From positions 1 to 36,912 of the forward strand of contig JBFEXS010000006.1 of NCBI GenBank assembly GCA_041562555.1: a stretch of 36,912 bases of DNA, given 5' to 3'. The notes under the pieces were generated by a model. That model was given only the letters and a program-made list of their open reading frames with translations, was not told where the DNA came from and did not search any database. This stretch comes from Sulfurimonadaceae bacterium (GTDB taxonomy: Bacteria > Campylobacterota > Campylobacteria > Campylobacterales > Sulfurimonadaceae). Shown here piece after piece: positions 10,112-17,998 of this stretch. The first letter of the stretch is position 1, and each line of letters starts with the position of its first letter. A program made the position numbers and the translations under genes.

Positions 10112-11167
10112 CTAGGGCTGTAAGAACAGCGCGATCTCATCGCTGAGTAAGAAGTCAGTGTTGTAAATTCGATCATTTATACGGGTCACTCTAGCTTCGT
10201 CAAGTAAAATATCGAGTTGTCTCTTCTCAGTAGATGAGAGTATCTTCTCATCTATTCCTACGCAAGAACGCAGTCCCAAAAATATTTTTTCTGTCTTAAT
10301 GTCTTCCTGAGTCAAGGTCTCAACCTGGATCTTCAGAGGGTCCTGTATATAGGCATCAATATCTGTTTGCGGGTAATAGCGTTTATTCTGAAGCATACCT
10401 ACAGCTCCGGCACCGACACCCATATAGTTGTCCAGTTCCCAGTAGCCGATATTGTGCTTGCATCTGTATTTTCCGAAGTTGGAGATCTCATACTGTTCAA
10501 AGCCTTTGGATTGGATAGTGTCCATAAAAAAAGTGGACAGCTCCAACCTCTCTTTAGCTGCTTCGGGATGGGACTCGAAGAGGGTGTTTTCTTCAATCGT
10601 GAGTGCATAGGCTGAAATATGATCTATCGGTAGCGAAAAAGCTGCAGTAATATCTGCTTCAAGGATCGCTTTTGTGTCCATTTTTGTCGCGTAGATAAGA
10701 TCAAGCGAGATGTGTGAAAAACCTGCTTTACAGGCGTTGTTGACAGCCTCATATGCCTGCTTGGAAGAATGTTCACGACCGAGGAATTTGAGCTTGGTGT
10801 CATTAAAACTTTGTACACCGAAACTGACCCGGGTACAGCCAAGTTTTTTCATCCCTTTTAACCAATCAAGGGTGGCAGAGTTTGGATTGGCTTCCGTTGT
10901 GATCTCGACATCATCCATGAGATAGGGCTGTAAAAGGGAAAAACTTTTTTCATAGAGTTCAGGAGGTACGGTAGAAGGTGTTCCTCCTCCGATGAAAACA
11001 GAACTGATCGAGTGCGGTTTGGCATCAAAGCGTTGAAGTTCATATTCAAGCTGTTTGTAGAGGGAGCCCATGTAAGCACTGATCTGATCAAACTTGTCTA
11101 CGTAGGAATTGAAGCTGCAGTAATGGCATTTGCTATCGCAAAAAGGGATGTGAATATATAGTAAAAT
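10112..11167 (-). CDS. hemW: Radical SAM heme chaperone HemW (HemN-like), ATT start
   Basis: The frame extends past the ORF-track start to (I)LLYIHIPFCDSKCHYCSF, which contains the CxxxCxxC motif. Also GGGTPS, EANP, RVSFGVQSF, YEISNF and HN..YW. Confidence 0.93.
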   Translation of the reverse strand: MLLYIHIPFCDSKCHYCSFNSYVDKFDQISAYMGSLYKQLEYELQRFDAKPHSISSVFIGGGTPSTVPPELYEKSFSLLQPYLMDDVEITTEANPNSATLDWLKGMKKLGCTRVSFGVQSFNDTKLKFLGREHSSKQAYEAVNNACKAGFSHISLDLIYATKMDTKAILEADITAAFSLPIDHISAYALTIEENTLFESHPEAAKERLELSTFFMDTIQSKGFEQYEISNFGKYRCKHNIGYWELDNYMGVGAGAVGMLQNKRYYPQTDIDAYIQDPLKIQVETLTQEDIKTEKIFLGLRSCVGIDEKILSSTEKRQLDILLDEARVTRINDRIYNTDFLLSDEIALFLQP

Positions 11168-11206
11168 TGTTCACTCCTTTTAAATTGCTATTAATGCTTA
11201 TTTTTG

Positions 11207-11219
11207 TAGAATTCTATCA
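11207..11219. promoter_or_regulatory. Overlapping divergent -10 boxes for hemW (minus) and possibly rppH (plus)
   Basis: The palindrome TAGAATTCTA (11207-11216) reads TAGAAT on both strands; the minus copy is an extended TGaTAGAAT. Confidence 0.5.
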
Positions 11220-11379
11220 CAAAAATTGCGCGAGCAGTCGCTCTAAAATCATGTGAACGGTTTCTCTGAAGAATTGATACATTTTTTTTGAGAAAAAGGC
11301 AGGGCGGTCAGGTGTTGATACGCCCCTGAAAGAAGTAGATTTTCCTTCTAGAGTAATGGGAAATTAGAAACGGAAAACA

Positions 11380-11844
11380 ATGGAAAAAATATATCGTCCG
11401 AATGTTGCAGTAGTAGTCTTGAGTTCGGAGTATCCGGCAAAAAAGAGTATCTTTATTGCAGAACGAAGTGACCTGAATGATATCTGGCAGTTTCCGCAGG
11501 GTGGAATCGATGACGGTGAAAGCGCCGAAGAAGCGCTCTTTAGGGAACTGGAAGAGGAGATCGGTACACGTGATGTTGAGATCATCAGTGAATATCCTGA
11601 TTGGATCTCTTATGACTTTCCTGCACATGTCGCTAAAAAGATGCACCCCTATGCAGGACAGACACAACGATATTATCTTGTGAAACTCAAAGATGGGGCG
11701 AGCATCAATCTTGAGACGGAGATTCCGGAGTTTTCCGATCATAAATTTGTAGAGTTTTCTGAACTCTCAAGATATATAGCGCATTTCAAGCGTCCTGTAT
11801 ATGAAAAAGTTTTGTCGTATTTTAAAGAAGAAGGGTATTTTTAA
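11380..11844 (+). CDS. rppH: RNA pyrophosphohydrolase RppH (NudH)
   Basis: YRPNV, Nudix box WQFPQGGIDDGESAEEALFRELEEEIG, GQTQRYY, PEF and FKRPVY. Confidence 0.96.
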   Translation: MEKIYRPNVAVVVLSSEYPAKKSIFIAERSDLNDIWQFPQGGIDDGESAEEALFRELEEEIGTRDVEIISEYPDWISYDFPAHVAKKMHPYAGQTQRYYLVKLKDGASINLETEIPEFSDHKFVEFSELSRYIAHFKRPVYEKVLSYFKEEGYF

Positions 11845-11847
11845 GCC

Positions 11848-13059
11848 ATGTTGATTGTACAAAAGTTCGGTGGTACCAGTGTAGGTGATCTTGACCGTAT
11901 ACAAAATGTTGCAAACCGCGTTCAAAAAACGGTAAATGAGGGACATCAGGTCGTTGTCGTTGTATCAGCGATGAGTGGTGAGACCAATAAGCTTGTGAGT
12001 TATGCAGAACACTTCAGTGCGACGCCGTCTCCCGCAGAAGTGGATATGCTTTTGAGTTCAGGGGAACGTGTGACAGCATCACTGCTTTCTATTGCTTTGA
12101 ATGAGATGGGACATCCTACGGTAGCTATGACAGGGCGTCAAGCAGGTATTGTAACAACTGCGAGACATACGAAAGCACGTATCGAGAATATTGACCCGGC
12201 AAGTATGGAAGGTGCACTGGGTGAAGGAAAGATTGTTGTAGTAGCAGGCTTTCAAGGGGTCAGTGAAGAAGGCCTGGTCACGACTTTGGGGCGTGGTGGT
12301 TCCGACCTTTCGGCCGTTGCGATTGCCGGTGCACTTAATGCGGACCTATGTGAGATCTACACCGATGTAGACGGTATCTATACGACCGATCCTCGTATTG
12401 AGCCAAAAGCGAAAAAAATCGATAAGATCTCCTATGAAGAGATGTTGGAAATGGCTTCTCTGGGAGCAAAGGTACTGCAGAACCGTTCTGTTGAATTGGC
12501 AAAAAAACTTAATGTAAATCTAGTAACACGTTCAAGCTTCTCAGATGCAGAAGGAACATTAATCACGAAGGAAGAAAATATTATGGAACAACCATTAGTA
12601 AGCGGTGTCGCATTAGATAGAAATCAGGCTCGTGTGAGTTTAATCGGGGTGGCAGACCGTCCAGGGATTGCAGCTGATATCTTTAATACCCTTGCAGAAG
12701 ATGAAATCAATGTCGATGTCATCTTGCAGACAGTGGCCCATGATGGTACGACGAACATCGACTTTACGGTACCGATGAATGAAATCGAGAATGCCAAGAA
12801 TATCGTGAAGGTATTTATGGAGAGAGATGAGATCAAAAGCACAGACTTTAACGATGCAATCGCTAAGGTGTCTATCGTTGGCGTAGGTATGAAATCGCAT
12901 GCAGGTGTAGCGGCAAAAGCTTTCTCTTCTATGGCAGCAGAGAACATCAATATCCGTATGATCTCGACTTCAGAAATCAAAGTTTCAATGGTTATCGAAG
13001 AGAAATACAGTGAGTTGGCAGTGCGTGCATTGCATAACGCTTTTGAGTTAGATAAGTAA
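11848..13059 (+). CDS. lysC: Aspartate kinase (alpha/beta type)
   Basis: QKFGGTSV, TTLGRGGSD, DVDGIYTTDPR and two ACT domains (STSEIKVS). Confidence 0.98.
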   Translation: MLIVQKFGGTSVGDLDRIQNVANRVQKTVNEGHQVVVVVSAMSGETNKLVSYAEHFSATPSPAEVDMLLSSGERVTASLLSIALNEMGHPTVAMTGRQAGIVTTARHTKARIENIDPASMEGALGEGKIVVVAGFQGVSEEGLVTTLGRGGSDLSAVAIAGALNADLCEIYTDVDGIYTTDPRIEPKAKKIDKISYEEMLEMASLGAKVLQNRSVELAKKLNVNLVTRSSFSDAEGTLITKEENIMEQPLVSGVALDRNQARVSLIGVADRPGIAADIFNTLAEDEINVDVILQTVAHDGTTNIDFTVPMNEIENAKNIVKVFMERDEIKSTDFNDAIAKVSIVGVGMKSHAGVAAKAFSSMAAENINIRMISTSEIKVSMVIEEKYSELAVRALHNAFELDK

Positions 13060-13067
13060 GCACAACC

Positions 13068-13616
13068 TTGCAACAATTACTCAAATGGACTCTGGATACG
13101 ATCCGCGCCGATGAAGCGATGATGAGCTGGCTCGAGGAGCAACGGTTCGAATGGACAGCGGCTGCTGCTCAGGCAATCAAGCAGATTGTTGAAGGACGTA
13201 CGGTGATCTTGGTAACGGATCATGAACGTAAGTGGTTTGCCCACTATATGACAAGTTCTTTGAACAACCCATCCCAAGACCGTCCTATTATTCCTATGGT
13301 CTGTCTGGATCAAGTCTATCCTTTTTATGATGAGATTTCCGGAGGTGAGAAGATCGATATGTTGACGGATATGCTTTCCATGTCCTATGGTGAAGAGTAC
13401 TTCTTCTGGTATATAGGTAGAGGCGATAGCCGTCGTGCCGATATTGCCAAGCGTGAGGACAGCAGTTTCTTGTGGATCATGGATGAGGATTTTCAAAATG
13501 CTTTTCCGTTACGATCGTATGACAAGTTACTGGATATAAAACTTTTGCATCTGTATCGTATCTTTGATAAGACGCTTAACGCCGTCTTGTTCGGTGAAGT
13601 GGACATTATCGAGTAG
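13068..13616 (+). CDS. hobA: DnaA-binding replication regulator HobA
   Basis: WLEE.RFEW, TD..R.WF, RP, FWYIG and FDKTL.A.LFGE motifs; lies between lysC and holB as in other Campylobacterota; TTG start. Confidence 0.88.
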   Translation: MQQLLKWTLDTIRADEAMMSWLEEQRFEWTAAAAQAIKQIVEGRTVILVTDHERKWFAHYMTSSLNNPSQDRPIIPMVCLDQVYPFYDEISGGEKIDMLTDMLSMSYGEEYFFWYIGRGDSRRADIAKREDSSFLWIMDEDFQNAFPLRSYDKLLDIKLLHLYRIFDKTLNAVLFGEVDIIE

Positions 13617-13618
13617 TC

Positions 13619-14224
13619 ATGACTGAGCTTAACTCTTCACATATCATCATCAGTGATCAGGTCGAAGAGGAACTTGAAAACATCAAGGCAAGGCTGTATC
13701 CTTCCCGAGTCGTTCCCTTTTATAAAGAGGACTTTTTAATCGACGATGCCCGTGAGGTGATTCGCGAGGCATACATAGCCGAAGAAAAGGTCAAGACCAT
13801 CGTTCTTGCCGCCAAGAGCTTTAATGAAGCATCACAAAATGCACTTCTTAAGGTCTTGGAAGAACCGCCTAGGAATATTGACTTTATCCTTATTGCCGAA
13901 TCAAAATCGTCTTTACTCCCAACCGTACGCTCACGTATGCCTCTTGTCTCAAACACCAAGAAAAAAGAACCGCTACAGATAGAACTGTCATTGAAAAAGC
14001 TGGAACTCTCTTCACTCTTTGATTTCATCAAAGCCCATGAACGTACACCTAAGCATGAGGCAAAAGAGCTGATCGAAGCACTCTATAACAAGGCTATCGA
14101 AGAAGAGATCATGCTTAATGCTTCCCAGCTCGAAAGTTTTGAGATGGCGTATAGACTCATTAGCCTGAATGCAAGACTCAGCTCGGTACTAAGTATGTTA
14201 TTGATGAAGTTCATACGGAAATAA
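13619..14224 (+). CDS. holB: DNA polymerase III subunit delta'
   Basis: SQNALLKVLEEPP and LLPTVRSR motifs; short Campylobacterota-type form. Confidence 0.92.
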   Translation: MTELNSSHIIISDQVEEELENIKARLYPSRVVPFYKEDFLIDDAREVIREAYIAEEKVKTIVLAAKSFNEASQNALLKVLEEPPRNIDFILIAESKSSLLPTVRSRMPLVSNTKKKEPLQIELSLKKLELSSLFDFIKAHERTPKHEAKELIEALYNKAIEEEIMLNASQLESFEMAYRLISLNARLSSVLSMLLMKFIRK

Positions 14225-14225
14225 A

Positions 14226-15014
14226 ATGCATAGAAACAAGATAATGGGCGTACTCAATGCAAATGACGACAGCTTTTTCTCCCAAAGCAGGTTCAGTGAA
14301 AAAGATGCCGTGATCAAGATCGAGAAGATGATAGAGGAGGGAGCAGACATCATCGATATCGGTGCTGTTTCATCAAGACCCGGTTCGAAGGGAGTAAGTT
14401 CTGCAGAAGAACTGAGGAGGCTTCAGCCCATCATCGATACCTTGTATACACAAAAGCTGTATGAACAAGTAGAGTTGAGTCTTGATTCCTATACCCCATC
14501 AGCTATAGAATATGCATTGAACAGAGGATTTAAAATCATCAATGATATCACAGGGCTGGAAAATGATGAAGTGTGCCGACTCATAGGAGAATATAGCGCA
14601 CAGGCAGTGATCATGCATATGAAAGGTTCTCCGGAAACGATGCAGCATAATCCCTCGTATAGCAATATCCTTCAAGAGATGGATGCTTTCTTTCAAGAAC
14701 GTATCGAGAAGGCGGATGCTTACAAGATACGGGACGTAAGCCTGGATGTCGGTATTGGCTTTGGCAAACGTTTGCAAGACAATGTGGAATTGCTCAAGAA
14801 ACTGTCACATTTCAAGCATTTCAACAAACCTCTGCTAATCGGGGCAAGCCGAAAGTCCATGATTGATATGATTTCACCGTCATCCCCCGAGGAAAGATTA
14901 CCGGGTACCCTGGCGATTCATCTTAAGGCATATGAAAATGGTGCTTCTATTATTCGTGTGCATGATGTCAAAGAACATGTACAGGCTTTGAGAGTCTATC
15001 AATCCCTTTTGTAA
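14226..15014 (+). CDS. folP: Dihydropteroate synthase
   Basis: IMGVLN...DSF, DIGAVSSRPG, INDITG, MHMKG, DVGIGFGK, GASRKS and IRVHDV motifs. Confidence 0.97.
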   Translation: MHRNKIMGVLNANDDSFFSQSRFSEKDAVIKIEKMIEEGADIIDIGAVSSRPGSKGVSSAEELRRLQPIIDTLYTQKLYEQVELSLDSYTPSAIEYALNRGFKIINDITGLENDEVCRLIGEYSAQAVIMHMKGSPETMQHNPSYSNILQEMDAFFQERIEKADAYKIRDVSLDVGIGFGKRLQDNVELLKKLSHFKHFNKPLLIGASRKSMIDMISPSSPEERLPGTLAIHLKAYENGASIIRVHDVKEHVQALRVYQSLL

Positions 15015-15022
15015 GCCAGCAT

Positions 15023-15049
15023 TTAATCATTAAACGAAAATACCGATAC
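15023..15049 (+). promoter_or_regulatory. Putative sigma28 (FliA) promoter
   Basis: TTAA-N15-ACCGATAC compared with the consensus TAAA-N15-GCCGATAA. Confidence 0.55.
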
Positions 15050-15100
15050 TTACCTTAACGTAGATAGGATTATGCGACTCTATCCTATAAAGGAAACAGT

Positions 15101-15634
15101 ATGATAAACCCGCTCGATAAAAATGCACAGGGATACCTGAGATCCCAAAGTATGAAAAGTGAAAGAGCCAAGCAGTTAGAGGAGATCAGGACAGCACATC
15201 AGGAGGCCCAGAACAAGCGTATAACACGGATGATGGTCCAGGTACAGTCTTATCTGGATACACAGGTCGGGCAGCCTAGCTTTGAGCAGAAGTATCAGGA
15301 GTTTAAAAACTTCTTATCCGAGATCGGATATGAGGGAAAGGCTATTGGATCTCTGTCCCAAGAAGAGGCCGCCGTCTTAGTAAGTGAGGAAGGGTTCTTC
15401 GGAGTGGAAAAGACCTCTGAACGCATTGCAGCGTTTGTGCTTTCCGGATCAAATGGAGATGAGGTACTTTTACGTCAGGGCCGAGAAGGTATATTTCAGG
15501 GGTTTAAAGAGGCTGAAGCCCTTTGGAATGGAAAGCTTCCTGATATCTCCTATGAGACGATCAAGAAGGCAGTGGAGATACTTGATAAGGCACTTAAAGG
15601 TGCAGATGCTAACATCCTGGATAAAACCGTTTAA
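15101..15634 (+). CDS. Conserved hypothetical protein (DUF5610-like; resembles C. jejuni Cj0391c/FedB as recalled)
   Basis: LVSEEGFFGVEKTSERIA.FV...GF.EAE..W.G.LP.ISY.T motif; AAGGA SD. Confidence 0.75.
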   Translation: MINPLDKNAQGYLRSQSMKSERAKQLEEIRTAHQEAQNKRITRMMVQVQSYLDTQVGQPSFEQKYQEFKNFLSEIGYEGKAIGSLSQEEAAVLVSEEGFFGVEKTSERIAAFVLSGSNGDEVLLRQGREGIFQGFKEAEALWNGKLPDISYETIKKAVEILDKALKGADANILDKTV

Positions 15635-15652
15635 TCTTGAGGTAAACAGTTT

Positions 15653-17293
15653 TTAGTGCATGATGTTCTTAATAAAATAAAAGGCGAGTGCAGCAATTAC
15701 TGCTGCCGCAGGTACCGTAATCAGCCATGCAGCTACAATTTTCATAATAGCAGAGCGTTTGACATATTTTGCTTTCTTGACGCGTTTAAGATGTTTTTTC
15801 TCCGCTTTGATAATGGCTTCTTCTTCATCAATTAGATGCTTGAGTTCTTTTATACGCTCTTTGTGTTCTTCTGTTTTTTCCTCAAGGGCTTTTAACTCCT
15901 TAAGTTCCATCTTGTGTGTTTTTTTGATCTTTTTGTCTTCTTCGATCTGTGCTTCTTCTGCTTCAATACGTTCCTGTTCACTTGTTGTGGACAAGTACTC
16001 ACGCAAGAAACCTACACCGAAGATACCACCGATAGCGATGTGGGTCGAGGATACTGGCAGACCTAGTTGTGAAGCGATAATCACGGTTATAGCGGCAGCC
16101 ATCGCTACGGAATAGGCACGGATCTGATTAAGTTCAGTAATCTCAGAACCTACGGTACGGATGAGCTTTGGACCATAGAGGGCAAGACCCAAGGAAATAC
16201 CGATAGCACCGATGAGCATAACCCACAAGGGAATAGCTGCTTTTTTTGCAATCGCAGCACTTTGAATCGCATCGGCGATTGCAGCCAAAGGCCCGACAGC
16301 GTTGGCGACATCATTGGCACCGTGGGCAAAGGAAAGAAGTGCTGCGGCAAAGATAAGAGGGATAGTAAAAAGTGTATTAGCATCTTTAGAGGTATTTTCA
16401 AAAGAAGCTGATGCTTTGAGGATCATCGGTTTAACGATAACATAGGTGATAATTGCAGTTACAAGACCAATGCTCAATGCAGTGATAAGGCTAGGTTTCT
16501 TCACTATCTCAAGTGTGAATGGTGTGAGGGTATTGATCGTTTCAAGGATATTCGGCCATATTTTTTTCAAACCTTTGAGTGTCAGATACGTAGCAAAGGC
16601 AAAGGCCATGATAGCAACATAGATAGGTACCATTTTACGCATGGCAGCGAGACGGTCTTCTTTATATAAAATCGTTTTTTTAATGGCATATAAAAAAGCG
16701 GCAGCGATCACAGCTCCAAATAGAGGGGAAATGACCCAGGAAGCAGCGATCTTACCCATAGTCCCCCATGAAACGATGGAGAACCCGGCAGCTGCAATAC
16801 CGCCACCCATAACACCACCTACAATAGAGTGTGTCGTGGAGACAGGAGCACCGAGTTTGGTAGCAACATTAAGCCAAATACCACCGGCTAGGAGTGCGGC
16901 AGTCATAGCCCAGATAAACTCTTGTGCATCGACAAAGAGTACCGGATCGATGATTCCTTTTTTAATAGTAGAGACAACATCACCACCGGCAATGAGTGCA
17001 CCACTGGCTTCGAAGATCGCGGCAATGATAATAGCACCACCCATGGTAAGTGCTTTAGATCCAACAGCAGGCCCAACATTGTTGGCAACGTCGTTTGCAC
17101 CAATATTCAAGGCCATGTACGCACCGAAAACAGCGGCAATTGCCAAGAAAACATTATTGGTTACATTCTCGGCACCAAAGGCATACCAGAGGGTACCAAG
17201 CATGAATGTCAGAGCAATTCCCATTTTAAAAAAGTCAGATTGTGAGCTTTCTTGTGCCAGCTTTTCAAGTTTCTTGAGTGTGTAGATATCCAT
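15653..17293 (-). CDS. Inorganic phosphate transporter, PiT family
   Basis: Two GANDVAN signatures, PVSTTH and PVSSTH, many TM helices. An AAGGA SD favours the ATG at 17293 (alternative start 17308). Confidence 0.95.
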   Translation of the reverse strand: MDIYTLKKLEKLAQESSQSDFFKMGIALTFMLGTLWYAFGAENVTNNVFLAIAAVFGAYMALNIGANDVANNVGPAVGSKALTMGGAIIIAAIFEASGALIAGGDVVSTIKKGIIDPVLFVDAQEFIWAMTAALLAGGIWLNVATKLGAPVSTTHSIVGGVMGGGIAAAGFSIVSWGTMGKIAASWVISPLFGAVIAAAFLYAIKKTILYKEDRLAAMRKMVPIYVAIMAFAFATYLTLKGLKKIWPNILETINTLTPFTLEIVKKPSLITALSIGLVTAIITYVIVKPMILKASASFENTSKDANTLFTIPLIFAAALLSFAHGANDVANAVGPLAAIADAIQSAAIAKKAAIPLWVMLIGAIGISLGLALYGPKLIRTVGSEITELNQIRAYSVAMAAAITVIIASQLGLPVSSTHIAIGGIFGVGFLREYLSTTSEQERIEAEEAQIEEDKKIKKTHKMELKELKALEEKTEEHKERIKELKHLIDEEEAIIKAEKKHLKRVKKAKYVKRSAIMKIVAAWLITVPAAAVIAALAFYFIKNIMH

Positions 17294-17416
17294 GTCTATT
17301 CCTTGCATAATTATGCTCTTTCAAAAAGGTGTAATTATGGTCGTTTGTAATTTAATACGAAATTATACTCAAATTAGTATGTGAGAAGTTTAAGTGGAAG
17401 GTAAAAGCCTAAGCTT

Positions 17417-17998
17417 TTACTTTTTTTCTAAAAGATAGGCTTTGATGATCTTCTGTTCCTGATAGGGTCTGTTCGCTCTCGGAGAGACTTCAACCATTTC
17501 AAGTTTTTGTACATTTTCGTAACCTGACTTTACTGCGCCAAAAATGGTATGTCTTCCATTTAGCCAGGGAGTAGGCGCTACAGTAATAAAAAACTGGCTT
17601 CCATTGGTCATTGGTCCGGCATTGGCCATCGCTAAAATCCCCTTTTTATCAAAGACAACATTGGGTGAGAACTCATCTTCGAAAGGTTTCTTCCAGATAG
17701 AAGAACCTCCACGCCCGGTACCCGTCGGATCGCCGCCTTGGATCATAAAACCCTGGATAATGCGGTGGAAGATGATACCGTCATAATAACCGTCTTTGAC
17801 ATGAGTGACAAAGTTCTCCACAGCCTTTGGTGCGATCTTGGGAAAGAGTTCCAGCGTGATCTTGCCCTGTGTCGTTTCCAGGACAACAATCGGGTTTGCC
17901 GTGGTATTGCTTTTTTTAGAAAGAGAGTCATGCAGGGAAGATGCTTCAAGGAAAAGAGTGACACCAAGAAGTATCAGCAGGGTCTTAATGAGGTTCAT
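17417..17998 (-). CDS. Cyclophilin-type peptidyl-prolyl isomerase with signal peptide
   Basis: FHRIIQGFMIQGGDPTGTG, AMANAGP.TNGSQFFIT and WLNGRHTIFG motifs. Start MNLIKTLL at 17998 has an AAAGGA SD. Confidence 0.95.
   Translation of the reverse strand: MNLIKTLLILLGVTLFLEASSLHDSLSKKSNTTANPIVVLETTQGKITLELFPKIAPKAVENFVTHVKDGYYDGIIFHRIIQGFMIQGGDPTGTGRGGSSIWKKPFEDEFSPNVVFDKKGILAMANAGPMTNGSQFFITVAPTPWLNGRHTIFGAVKSGYENVQKLEMVEVSPRANRPYQEQKIIKAYLLEKK

Noticed and set aside
11217..11379. Lysine riboswitch upstream of the lysC-containing operon
   Set aside because: The conserved lysine-riboswitch elements (AGAGGUGC start, kink-turn and kissing-loop pattern) are not visible, and rppH is the first gene.
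16641..17285. 214-aa plus-strand ORF and similar long antisense ORFs over lysC, minD and the adhesin
   Set aside because: Antisense shadows of well-supported genes.
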